64,000 nt of DNA from Atopobiaceae bacterium (GCA_051878835.1 JBJEKW010000081.1:3352-67351), one strand, 5' to 3'; counted from the stretch's first letter, positions 51,375 through 63,198 are shown. Notes: generated by a model from the letters alone, not told the origin. Numbers and translations: made by a program.

Positions 51375-52451
51375 CTAGCAGCCCAGGTCTATGAGCTCGC
51401 GCAGCTGGTCCAGGTCGATCCTTCGGACCTCCACCTGGCCTATGCGCAGCGGCACGACCACGTTCACGTGGGTGTCGTGGCGCTTCTTGTCGTGCGTGGC
51501 GTAGTGGAAGATGGTGTCGTGGTCCAGCGAGGTCTGCGTGGGCAGCCCGTAGGCCGCAACCGCCTGCTCGATGGCCTGCGCCACCTCGGGCGCGCACCAG
51601 CCCTTGCGCACGCTGGCCCGCGCGATGCAGCACATGCCGCACGCCACGCAGGTGCCGTGCCCCAGATGGAAGTCGCTGGCAGCCTCGATGGCGTGGCCTA
51701 TGGTGTGGCCGAAGTTCAGCGTCTGGCGCAGGCCGCGCTCGCGCTCGTCGGCGTCCACGACGTCGCGCTTTATCTGCACGTTGCGCGCGACGACGCGCTC
51801 CATGTCCTCTGGCGCGTAGCCGGGGGCGTTCAGCGGGTGCTCCGACACCTCGCGGAACAGGTCGGCGTCGGCGATGACGCCGTGCTTGATGACCTCTCCG
51901 CACGAGTCGGTCAGAAGGTCGTGCGACAGCGTGCCCAGGCAGTCGACGTCGGCCACGACGACGCTGGGCTGGAAGAAGGCGCCGGCCAGGTTCTTGCCGG
52001 CCTCCAGGTCGACGGCGGTCTTTCCGCCCACGCTGGAGTCCACCATGGCCAGAAGCGACGTGGGCACCTGCGCCACCTGGCAGCCGCGCAGGTACATGGC
52101 GGCCGCGAGGCCGGCCATGTCGCCCGTGACGCCGCCGCCCAGCGCCACGACGACGTCGTCGCGCGACAGCTCGCCCTGGGCCAGCTGCTCAAGGATGTCG
52201 CCTAGGGTGGCCAGGCGCTTGCTCTGCTCGCCGGCGGGGAAGGTGATGAGCGCCGTGCGGTAGCCGGCTGCCTGCAGCGAGTCCAGGACCTGCTGCGCGT
52301 ACAGCGGGGCCACGTTGGAGTCGCTGACGACGGCGGCCACCGAGCCGCCCGCCGCCTGGCGCACCAGCTGGCCCACCTGTCCCAGGATGTGCCTGCCCAC
52401 GTGCACCTGGTAGCTGCGCGAGGGGGTGCTGACGTCTATCTGCGTGCTCAT
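51375..52451 (-). CDS. aroB: 3-dehydroquinate synthase
   Basis: 358 aa starting at MSTQIDVS (ATGA overlap with the tyrA stop). Motifs are ALGGGVTGDMAGLAAA, VDSSVGGKTAVD and LNFGHTIGHAIE. The 772-aa track ORF is an upstream read-through in another gene's shadow. Confidence 0.92.
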   Translation of the reverse strand: MSTQIDVSTPSRSYQVHVGRHILGQVGQLVRQAAGGSVAAVVSDSNVAPLYAQQVLDSLQAAGYRTALITFPAGEQSKRLATLGDILEQLAQGELSRDDVVVALGGGVTGDMAGLAAAMYLRGCQVAQVPTSLLAMVDSSVGGKTAVDLEAGKNLAGAFFQPSVVVADVDCLGTLSHDLLTDSCGEVIKHGVIADADLFREVSEHPLNAPGYAPEDMERVVARNVQIKRDVVDADERERGLRQTLNFGHTIGHAIEAASDFHLGHGTCVACGMCCIARASVRKGWCAPEVAQAIEQAVAAYGLPTQTSLDHDTIFHYATHDKKRHDTHVNVVVPLRIGQVEVRRIDLDQLRELIDLGC

Positions 52452-53377
52452 CGTCCCTCGATCTCCCTCTTTCTGCGGTCGCCGTCCGCCAGCAGCTGCT
52501 GCAGCCGGTCGGCGTCGCGCTGGTCGATGGCGTCCTTGTACTCCTGCAGGTGCCCTATGAGCGTGCCGATCTCGCGCGAGAGGTTGTCGGCGTCGTCCAG
52601 GAAAAGCTCGGTCCACATGGGGGCGTTCAGCCTGGCCACGCGCGTCAGGTCGCGGTAGGAGCCTGCCGAGAAGCCCTTGTGCACGCGGGCGGACGGGCTC
52701 TTTACGTAGGCGTTCGACACGACGTGCGCCAGCTGCGACGTGAAGGCGATGACCTCGTCGTGGTGCTCGGCGGTGGACACGGTGAACTGCCCGAACCCAC
52801 AGGGTGCCAGCAGGCGCTCGATGCGGTCCAGAAGGTCCAGCCGCTCCAGGTCGGTGACGTCTGCGGGAGGCACCATGACCAGGGGCGCGTTGTGGAACAT
52901 GTTCGCGCGCGAGTGCGCGAAGCCCGAGTACTGCGTGCCGGCCATGGGGTGGCAGCCCACGAAGTGCCAGGGCCTTCCCTCGGCTATCTGGAAGCACTGC
53001 TGGCAGATGACGCGCTTCACGCCCACGGTGTCGATGACTATGGCGCCGGGGGCCACGATGTCGGCCATCTGCTGCAGCCAGTCGATGCTGACCTGGGGGT
53101 AGCCCGCCAGGATGATGAGCTCGCAGGTGGGGATGGTCTCGTCGGTCAGCTCGCCGTCCACCGTGTCGATCATGGCCAGCTCCAGGGTGGAGCGGGTGCG
53201 GTTCCAGGCGTACACCTCGCGGCCGCCCTGGTGCAGGGCGCGCGCGAACGAGCCTCCCATGAGGCCCAGGCCCACGATGCCCACGCGTTCCGGCACGTAG
53301 GAGGGGTGCTCGGGGATGGTGGGCGAGCCGACGGAGGTGGGACGCTGGTCGGGTGCCGGCGTGGTGGGTGCTGCCAT
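52448..53377 (-). CDS. tyrA: Prephenate dehydrogenase
   Basis: The Rossmann segment VGIVGLGLMGGSFARAL and HPMAGTQYSG are characteristic of the TyrA family. Confidence 0.88.
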   Translation of the reverse strand: MAAPTTPAPDQRPTSVGSPTIPEHPSYVPERVGIVGLGLMGGSFARALHQGGREVYAWNRTRSTLELAMIDTVDGELTDETIPTCELIILAGYPQVSIDWLQQMADIVAPGAIVIDTVGVKRVICQQCFQIAEGRPWHFVGCHPMAGTQYSGFAHSRANMFHNAPLVMVPPADVTDLERLDLLDRIERLLAPCGFGQFTVSTAEHHDEVIAFTSQLAHVVSNAYVKSPSARVHKGFSAGSYRDLTRVARLNAPMWTELFLDDADNLSREIGTLIGHLQEYKDAIDQRDADRLQQLLADGDRRKREIEGR

Positions 53378-54397
53378 CTACTCCACCTCCGCCGTCACGG
53401 CCTGGCGGATGAGCGCGATGCGCTTCATGGCGTCGGCGAACTGCTGGGGCGTCAGCGCCTGCGCGCCGTCGGACCAGGCCTCGGAGGGCTTGTTGTGGAC
53501 CTCGATCTCCAGGCCGTCGGCGCCGGCGGCCGTCGCCGCGTAGGCGGCGGGGCGCACGTAGCGCGTGTAGCCCGTGGCGTGGCTGGGGTCGCCGATGACG
53601 GGCAGGTGGGACAGGTGGTGGATCACGGGGATGGCGTTCACGTCGAACGTGTTGCGGGTGCGCGTCTCGAACGTGCGGATGCCGCGCTCGCACAGGATGA
53701 CGTTGGGGTTGCCCTCGCTCATGATGTACTCGGCGCCCATCAGCAGCTCGTCGATGGTCTCGGACATGCCGCGCTTCAGCAGCACCGGGGCGTTGGTCTT
53801 TCCGACCTCCTTCAGAAGCGAGAAGTTCTGTGCGTTGCGCGCGCCGATCTGCATGACGTCGACGCCCTTGTTCACGAACAGCTCGACGTCGCGCGGGTCC
53901 ATGACCTCGGTGACCACGGGCATGTCCAGCTCGTGCGAGGCCTCCATCAGCAGGTCCAGGCCCTTCTCGCCCATGCCCTGGTAGGAGTAGGGGCTGGTAC
54001 GGGGCTTGTAGGCGCCGCCGCGCAGCATCGTGGCGCCGGCCTGCTTCACGGCGCGGGCTATGTCAAAGAGGTTCTTTCCCTCGACGGAGCAGGGGCCGGC
54101 GATTACCTGGAAGTGGCCTCCGCCCAACAGCACGCCGTGGCCGCAGTCGACCACCGTGTCCTCGGGGTGGAACTTGCGGTTGGCCTTCTTGAACGGCTCG
54201 CTCACGCGCTGAACGCGCTCGACTATGTCCATGGACTCCAGCAGGAAGGGGTCAATCTGCGTGGTGTCGCCGATGATGCCCACGATGGTCTCGTTGTCGC
54301 CCTGCGAGACGTTGGTCTTGAAGCCACGCCCCTCGATCCAGGCGATGAAGCTGTCCAGCTGCTCCTGGGTGGCCGAGTCCTTTACGACGGCTATCAT
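53378..54397 (-). CDS. 3-deoxy-7-phosphoheptulonate (DAHP) synthase, type I-beta with an N-terminal ferredoxin-like regulatory domain
   Basis: It starts at MIAVVKDSATQEQLDSFIAWIEGRGF (regulatory domain). The catalytic core has IAGPCSVEG, LRGGAYKPRTSPYSYQG and IGARNAQN. Confidence 0.9.
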   Translation of the reverse strand: MIAVVKDSATQEQLDSFIAWIEGRGFKTNVSQGDNETIVGIIGDTTQIDPFLLESMDIVERVQRVSEPFKKANRKFHPEDTVVDCGHGVLLGGGHFQVIAGPCSVEGKNLFDIARAVKQAGATMLRGGAYKPRTSPYSYQGMGEKGLDLLMEASHELDMPVVTEVMDPRDVELFVNKGVDVMQIGARNAQNFSLLKEVGKTNAPVLLKRGMSETIDELLMGAEYIMSEGNPNVILCERGIRTFETRTRNTFDVNAIPVIHHLSHLPVIGDPSHATGYTRYVRPAAYAATAAGADGLEIEVHNKPSEAWSDGAQALTPQQFADAMKRIALIRQAVTAEVE

Positions 54398-54676
54398 GGT
54401 GCCTCCTTGCCGGCGCTGCCGGCCGGTGGCCGGGCGCCAATCGTTGCATTCTGTCGAAATGCTACCACGCATGCCGTCGGGTTCCGGTTCCGTGATGCGT
54501 TTGATATGTCCACGAAACACAGCGCACAGACCGGGGCGGCGCGGCGCGCTAGAATGCCTAAGGTCGAAAGAGTTGCCAGGGTTCCAAGCCAAAATCAGGG
54601 CTCCAAACCAAAACAGGCCGTCAAACCAAAACTGGCCATCAAACCAATACCCCTCGAACCAAATCTAAGGAGAAGC

Positions 54677-55513
54677 ATGTCCTTCTTGCGCGCATCCGAC
54701 CTGCCCACGAGCTATGTGAGCTACGACCTCGAGACCACGGGGCTGGGTACGCAGGCGCAGATCATCGAGATTGGCGCCGTGCGCGTGATCGACCGCGGCG
54801 AGGACGAGCGCTTCGACACCTTTGTGGCCCTGGACGAGGGGGTGCACATCGAGCCTGCGGCGGCTCGGCTGACGCACATCAGCGAGGACATGCTGGCGGG
54901 CGCGCCGTCGGTGGAGGAGGCCTATCGGCAGTTTGCCGAGTTCGTGGGCGACTTTCCGCTGGTGGGGCAGAACATCCGCCGCTTTGACAACGCGTTCGTG
55001 AACCGTGCCGCGCGGCGGGCGCAGCTGCCCTCCGTCGTGCAGAACGGCTGCTACGACACGATGCTGCTGTTCCGTAAGGTCGTGGGCGGCCCGGCGAACC
55101 TGGCAGCCATCTGCCAGTATTACGGGATCCAAAACGAGCAGGCGCATCGGGCGTGGGCTGACGCTCGCGCCACCAGCGACTGCTACCTTGCCATTCTGCA
55201 CGACGCCGAGTCCCTGACGGTGGAGGCGCGCGGCGCGGACGCCCCCGTGGTGGCGCACGAGCTGGATGGGGAGGTCGTCTGCTTCACGGGCAACACGCGC
55301 GAGTACCCCAAGCTGATGTGCGAGACCGTTGCCGTGCGCCACGGGGCCCTGCTGGCGCACAAGGTCAGCCATCGGACGACGCTCCTGGTGTGCCTGGAGC
55401 CTCACGAGACGAACAACGTGCGCCGCGCCCGCCAGCTGGGCTGCCCCATGATGGCGGGGGACGAGTTTTTGGCTCGGCTGGGCCTGACCAGCGAGGACCT
55501 GCGCAGGCGGTAG
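54677..55513 (+). CDS. DnaQ-like 3'-5' exonuclease fused to a BRCT domain
   Basis: 278 aa with ExoI YVSYDLETTGL, ExoII LVGQNIRRFDNAF and ExoIII HRAWADARATSDCY. The C-terminal BRCT-like region is LDGEVVCFTGNT...TTLLVC...ARQLGCPMMAGDEFL. A TAAGGAGAAG Shine-Dalgarno precedes the ATG. Only the 3' end of the 987-aa track ORF is real. Confidence 0.85.
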   Translation: MSFLRASDLPTSYVSYDLETTGLGTQAQIIEIGAVRVIDRGEDERFDTFVALDEGVHIEPAAARLTHISEDMLAGAPSVEEAYRQFAEFVGDFPLVGQNIRRFDNAFVNRAARRAQLPSVVQNGCYDTMLLFRKVVGGPANLAAICQYYGIQNEQAHRAWADARATSDCYLAILHDAESLTVEARGADAPVVAHELDGEVVCFTGNTREYPKLMCETVAVRHGALLAHKVSHRTTLLVCLEPHETNNVRRARQLGCPMMAGDEFLARLGLTSEDLRRR

Positions 55514-55549
55514 CGGCTGCGGGCGGGGCCGCTGGCGCCGGATGCGCGC

Positions 55550-56260
55550 GAAAGCGTGGCCGCCGCAATCGTGGCCGCTGCAAACGTGGCCACCGCGGGC
55601 TGCGTGTGCAAACGTGGCCGCTACGGGTACCCGTTCCCGACAGGTTTGCGCAGACGGGCTCAAGGGATGTGGGCCAGGGCGCCCATATCCGGGTCTGAGA
55701 GGCGAATCAGTGCAAAGCGCACGGGTCTGGGTACTCACACCTCGGACTCCTGGCAGGATTTCTGCAAGGGTGTCAGGTTCGGGTACCCGAAGGTCGGACC
55801 CCTTCAGGGGCCAGTTTTGGGCTTCTCGCAAAATCCCAGGTAGATGGGGTGGTCCAATACTTGGTCACCCCGATCTGGCATTGGTTTCTGCAAGGGTGCC
55901 AGGTTCGGGTACCCACACCTCGGACCCCTGTCAGGATTTCTGCAAGGGTTGGAGGTTTGGGTGCCCAAGCTCGCGCATTCCGTACAGCTAAGTGCACAGT
56001 GCGCTGGTCTGGGTACCCACTTCCAGTTAGTCTGCACCGGTGGGTGCAAGGTCTACGGGTCTGGGTACCCACTCCGGGGTAGTCTGCACCGGGCGAAATT
56101 GCCCCTCTTACAAATGGCCTGGTAGAAGGCCTGGCGCTAGAGAGCTTGTAGGTCGGACGGTGCAGAGTCTCTCAGTCTGGGTACCCAGAAGTGGCTAGTC
56201 TGCACCTGGAAGTGCAGAGTCGCTAGGTTCGGGTACCCAAACCTGGCTAGTCTGCAACAG
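55550..56260. repeat. Tandem array of degenerate palindromic units with 52-bp periodicity, centred on GGGTACCC
   Basis: GGGTACCC or one-off variants start at 55626, 55678 (GGGCGCCC), 55730 (GGGTACTC), 55782, 55908, 55960 (GGGTGCCC), 56012, 56064, 56180 and 56232. Spacings are 52 nt or near-multiples. Units have the form TGCA-N14-GGGTACCC-N12-14-TCTGCA, for example TGCAGAGTCGCTAGGTTCGGGTACCCAAACCTGGCTAGTCTGCA. Confidence 0.85.
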
Positions 56261-56276
56261 TCGACGAGGTGTGCTC

Positions 56277-56342
56277 GCAGCCGTCGGCGCGCCGTGCCTG
56301 AAGTGGGACGCAGCCGCCGGCGTGCCGTGCCTGAAGTGGGAA
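56277..56342. repeat. Two tandem copies of a 33-nt unit
   Basis: CGCAGCCGTCGGCGCGCCGTGCCTGAAGTGGGA is followed directly by CGCAGCCGCCGGCGTGCCGTGCCTGAAGTGGGA (2 mismatches). Confidence 0.85.
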
Positions 56343-56550
56343 GTGGCCAGCGCGGCGTCCTTACACCGGCGTGACCCGGGGCTGTTCTAGGCAGGGTAGG
56401 GCGGGGAAACAGTGATAAAGCCCCTGCTCGGCCCAGGAGAAGCCCTTCTTTGCTGTTGCCAGAAAAGTTTTTTTCGTTCTCAATACAGCCCGCCACCTGC
56501 GCAAACGCAAAATGTATACCGAACAGGTAGGAAATATTGGAAATACCTAG

Positions 56551-56579
56551 TTGCATGGTAGGGATTAAAGTGCCACACT
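56551..56579 (+). promoter_or_regulatory. Candidate sigma-70-type promoter for cysK
   Basis: TTGCAT-N17-CACACT lies about 75 nt upstream of the cysK ATG. This is sequence resemblance only. Confidence 0.3.
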
Positions 56580-56655
56580 GTGCAGCAGCCGATGGCCGCA
56601 AGAGCGCCTGACCACGGCTCCCTACAAAGGCGATTGATTGCATAGGAGAGGCATC

Positions 56656-57564
56656 ATGAAGTACGCAGGCCACGTAGAATCTCTCATCGGCTCCACCCCT
56701 CTGGTTGACCTCACGTCCCTCGGCAGCGGCAAGGCCCGCGTGCTGGGCAAGTACGAGGCCACGAACCCCGGCGGCTCCATCAAGGACCGCATTGCCAAGG
56801 CCATGCTGGACGCGGCCGAGAAGGACGGCTCGCTGAAGCCCGGCGGCACCGTGATCGAGCCCACCAGCGGCAACACCGGCGTCGGCCTGGCCATGCTGGC
56901 GGCCGAGCGCGGCTATCACATGATCCTGGTCATGCCCGAGACCATGTCCATCGAGAGGCGCAAGCTCGCTGCCAGCTATGGCGCAAAGATCGAGCTGACC
57001 CCCGGCTCCGAGGGCATGAAGGGCGCCGTCAAGCGCGCCGAGGAGCTGCGCCAGTCCATCCCCGGTGCCATCGTGGCCGGCCAGTTCACGAACCCCGCGA
57101 ACCCCCGCGCCCACTACCAGACCACCGGTCCGGAGATCTGGCGTGACACCGAGGGCACCGTCACCGCAGTCGTCGCTGGCGTCGGCACCGGAGGCACCAT
57201 CTCGGGCACCGCGAAGTTCCTGAAGGAGCAGAACCCCGCGGTTCGCGGCATCGCCGTCGAGCCCGCCGAGTCCCAGGTCCTGGCTGGCAAGCCCGCCGGC
57301 CCGCACCGCATCCAGGGCATCGGCGCAGGCTTCATCCCCAAGACCTACGACGCGTCCGTCGTGGACGAGGTCGTGCCCGTGACCTCCGACGACGCCATCG
57401 CGACGAAGAAGCGCCTGGCCGAGTCCGGCCTGCTGGTGGGCATCTCGTCCGGTGCCGCCGTGGCGGCCGCGCTGCAGCTGGCGGACCGTCCCGAGTACGA
57501 GGGCGGCACCATTGTGGCCGTCCTGCCCGACACGGGCGAGCGCTACCTGTCCATGGACCTGTAG
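56656..57564 (+). CDS. cysK: Cysteine synthase A (O-acetylserine sulfhydrylase)
   Basis: It starts at MKYAGHVESLIGSTPLVDL with an AGGAGAGG Shine-Dalgarno. The PLP-lysine motif is NPGGSIKDR. TSGNTG and GTGGTISG loops are present. Confidence 0.93.
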   Translation: MKYAGHVESLIGSTPLVDLTSLGSGKARVLGKYEATNPGGSIKDRIAKAMLDAAEKDGSLKPGGTVIEPTSGNTGVGLAMLAAERGYHMILVMPETMSIERRKLAASYGAKIELTPGSEGMKGAVKRAEELRQSIPGAIVAGQFTNPANPRAHYQTTGPEIWRDTEGTVTAVVAGVGTGGTISGTAKFLKEQNPAVRGIAVEPAESQVLAGKPAGPHRIQGIGAGFIPKTYDASVVDEVVPVTSDDAIATKKRLAESGLLVGISSGAAVAAALQLADRPEYEGGTIVAVLPDTGERYLSMDL

Positions 57565-57635
57565 GACGGCAGGCGTTCCTAGAGCACCAAGTGCCTCTGA
57601 GCAATAAGCGCTTCTGAATGCGGTTCTTCTTGGCT

Positions 57636-57672
57636 GGCGCCAGGTGCAGCGATGCCACACCTGGCGCTTTTT
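57636..57672 (+). terminator. Intrinsic terminator after cysK
   Basis: GGCGCCAGGTG-CAGCGATGCCA-CACCTGGCGC followed by TTTTT. Confidence 0.8.
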
Positions 57673-57833
57673 CTGTCGAGCATGTGGCTTGGCCACCGTT
57701 CTGGCCGCCAGAGGTGCCAGGTCAATGGTCGAGCCGCTAGCTAGGTAGAGTCTCCGTCCTGTTGCCAGCCAGGCCAGCCGTCGCGGACGATTGGTGGAGC
57801 CGCGGCGGGCCGCCTTGCCCCTGCAGGCGTTCG

Positions 57834-57842
57834 TGCTACACT
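57834..57842 (+). promoter_or_regulatory. Candidate extended -10 promoter for tRNA-Arg
   Basis: TGCTACACT (TGn + TACACT) ends 10 nt upstream of the tRNA 5' end. Confidence 0.4.
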
Positions 57843-57852
57843 AGCCGACGTT

Positions 57853-57929
57853 GCCCCTATAGCTCAGTGGATTAGAGCGTTCGCCTCCGGAGCGAAAGGT
57901 CGTGGGTTCGAATCCCCCTGGGGGCACCA
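57853..57929 (+). tRNA. tRNA-Arg (anticodon CCG), CCA encoded
   Basis: The cloverleaf was read by hand. Acceptor GCCCCTA pairs with TGGGGGC, and the D arm is GCTC-AGTGGATTA-GAGC. The anticodon arm is TTCGC-CTCCGGA-GCGAA (CCG in the centre). The T arm has a TTCGAAT loop, discriminator A and 3' CCA. Confidence 0.9.
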
Positions 57930-57989
57930 TGGTTTATCCTTTCGGGCCGCCTTGCCGTCTGGGCTGGGCGGCCCGTTCGTATAGAGGGG

Positions 57990-60513
57990 ATGCGCATGGG
58001 CCAAACTCCCGCAGACCTAGACGACCAGCGCGGTACCGACCAGCATGGCTCCAGCCAGCCCGACGCAAAACAGCGCGGCACCGACCAGCCTGACGCTGAC
58101 AAGTCCGGTACAAGCCTAGGCGATGACGACCTGGCGTCGCGCGGCCTCAGCTCCGAGGAGGTTGCCGACCGCGTGAGGCGCGGCCTGGTGAACGCCAACT
58201 CCGACATCCGCACGAAGTCCGTCAAGCGCATCATCGCCGAGCACACGCTGACCACCTTCAACCTGGTGAACGTGATACTGGCTGCCCTGGTGGCCGTCAC
58301 GGGCCAGTATCGCAACATGGCCTTCATGGTCATCGTGCTGACAAACCTTTTGGTGGGCGTCGTGCAGGAGCTGCGCGCGAAGCGCATGGTGGACCGCCTG
58401 ACCATCCTGACCGCGAAGGCCGTCAAGGTCAGGCGAGAAGGGCGCGTCGAGGAGGTGGGCGTGCACGACCTGGTGCTGGACGACGTAATCGAGCTGTCGC
58501 GCGGCGACCAGGTGCCCGCCGACTCCACGGTCCTGCAGGGCCAGCCCCGCATGAACGAGAGCCTGCTGACGGGCGAGTCGGCCACGGTGCCGAAGAAGGC
58601 GGGCGACCTTTTGTACTCGGGCAGCTTCGTGGACTCGGGCTACGTGGTGGCGCGAGTCCAGAAGGTGGGCGCTGACGGCTACGCGGCTCGCATCAGCGCC
58701 GAGGCAAAGCAGCTGAAGGCCGTGCGCTCCGAGATACTGACCACGCTGCGCACCATCATCGGCCTGGCGACCCGCCTGATGGTGCCCCTGGGCATCGGCC
58801 TGTTCCTGCGCACATACTTCTCGGACGGCGCCACGCTGAACGGCGCCATCCTGACCACCGTGGCCGCGCTCGTGGGCATGATCCCGCAGGGCCTCATCCT
58901 GCTGACGTCCAGCGTCCTGGCCATCGCCACCATTCGCCTGGGCCACCGCAACGTGTTGGTGCAGCAGAGCTACTGCGTCGAGACGCTGGCGCGCGTGGAC
59001 ACGCTGTGCCTAGACAAGACGGGCACCATCACCAGCGGCGCCATGGAGGTGGACGACGTCAGGCCCGTGGGGGAGGGCTCCTCCGCGGACGCCTTGGCCC
59101 AGGCGCGTCGGCGTGTGCTGCAGGCGGCGCTCAGCGTGGTCCGCGCGAACGAGGGCGACATTAACGCCACCGCGCGCGCCGTGATGGAGCGCGCGGTCGC
59201 CGACGGCGTCGAGGCGCTGGATGCCGTGGTGGCCGTGCCCTTCAGCTCCGAGCGAAAGCTGTCGGGATGCACCGTGGCCGATGGGCGCTCGTTCGTCATG
59301 GGCGCCTCTCAGTTCGTGCTGCACGAGGACTACCAGGCGTACGAGTCCGCGGTCCGCTCGTTCGACCCGCTGGACCGCGTCGTGGTGGTAGCGCAGGTGG
59401 ACGGCTTCACGACGGAGGGGGCGCCCCAGGGGCGTCCGCGCGTCCTGGGGTTCGTGGGTATCCGCGACCAGATCCGCCCGACCGCCAGCCGCACCATCGC
59501 GTTCTTCCGCCAGGCGGGCGTGGAGCCCAAGGTCATCTCGGGAGACGACGCGGCCACGGTGGCGGCCATCGCCCGCAGGGTGGGCGTGCCGGGGGCCGAC
59601 AGCTACGTGGACGCCACGACGCTGGACACGTCCCAGAAGCTGCGACAGGCGGCCTCCACCTGCGCCGTGTTCGGGCGCGTGACCCCTCAGCAGAAGCGCT
59701 CGCTCGTGCGCGCGCTGCAGCAGGAGGGCCGTACGGTGGCCATGACGGGCGACGGCGTGAACGACGTGCTGGCGCTGCGCGAGGCCGACTGCTCGGTGGC
59801 CATGGCGTCGGGTTCGGCGGCCGCCCGAAACGTCGCCGAGATCGTGCTCGTGGATGACGACTTCGCGCATATGCCCGAGGTCGTGGCCGAGGGCAGGCGC
59901 TCCATCAACAACCTGCAGCGCTCGGCGTCCCTGTTCCTGGTAAAGACGGTCTTCTCGGCCGCGCTGGCGTTCATCTGCATCTTTATGCCGCCGTACCCCT
60001 TCGTGCCCGTGCAGATGTCGCTTCTGTCCGCGGCGGTCATCGGCGTGCCGTCGTTCGTGCTGGCGCTGGAGCCTAACCACGAGCTGGTGCGTGGCAGCTT
60101 CCTGGTGAACGTGCTGTCCAAGTCGCTGCCCGCCTCGGTGACGGAGGTGGTGGCGCTGGGCATCTGCCTGTGGCTGGGGCGCATGACGCAGATGGAGTTC
60201 GCGCAGATATCCACAGCCTGCCTGTTTTTGGCGCTGGCAGTGGGCTTTGCGCTCATAGTCAGGATCTCCCTGCCGCTGACGCCCCTGCGGGTGGCGCTTC
60301 TGTGCTTCATCATGGCCATGGTCGCGTTCGCCTCGATCTGGATGGCGGGATTCTTCGAGATAGCGCGGCTGGAGGGGTCCGTGGCAGTATTGTTACTAGT
60401 GGGGGCCGCGGCCTCCGTGGTGTTGTTCAATGTCCTATACGACCGGTTCGGGCGCTACGCCCAGGGCGACGGCAGCAGGTTTGCCCGCCTGGTATCAAGG
60501 CTGGAGGCAAGGG

Positions 60514-60539
<26 letters not shown>
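57990..60539 (+). CDS. Cation-translocating P-type ATPase (P2/Ca2+-Mg2+-like)
   Basis: 849 aa with the TGES motif (LTGESATV), phosphorylation site CLDKTGTITSG and hinge MTGDGVNDVLALREADCSVAM. There are multiple TM helices at both ends. Confidence 0.9.

Positions 60540-63198
<2,659 letters not shown>

Noticed and set aside
52452-53693. Upstream 414 codons of the 772-aa - strand ORF 51375-53693
   Set aside because: This is an off-frame read-through across tyrA. AroB starts at 52451, with an ATGA overlap with the tyrA stop.
52550-54676. N-terminal 709 codons of the 987-aa + strand ORF 52550-55513
   Set aside because: This stretch is antisense to tyrA and DAHP synthase. A real gene (the DnaQ-BRCT exonuclease) starts at 54677 with its own RBS.
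55542-56125. Several 75-150-aa ORFs on both strands inside the 52-bp repeat array, with recurring GYP/GTQ peptides
   Set aside because: Their apparent peptide repeats simply reflect translation of the DNA repeat. The frames overlap on both strands and none has start signals.
55550-56260. Reading the GGGTACCC repeat region as a second CRISPR array
   Set aside because: A 52-bp period is too short for repeat plus spacer. The inter-core segments are related to each other and pair as arms of one palindrome rather than being unique spacers. There is no similarity to the bona fide repeat at 32-196.
57853-57990. tRNA-Arg as an integration hotspot or genomic-island border
   Set aside because: No integrase, no direct repeat of the tRNA 3' end and no compositional shift are visible downstream. 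The next gene is a host-like P-type ATPase.
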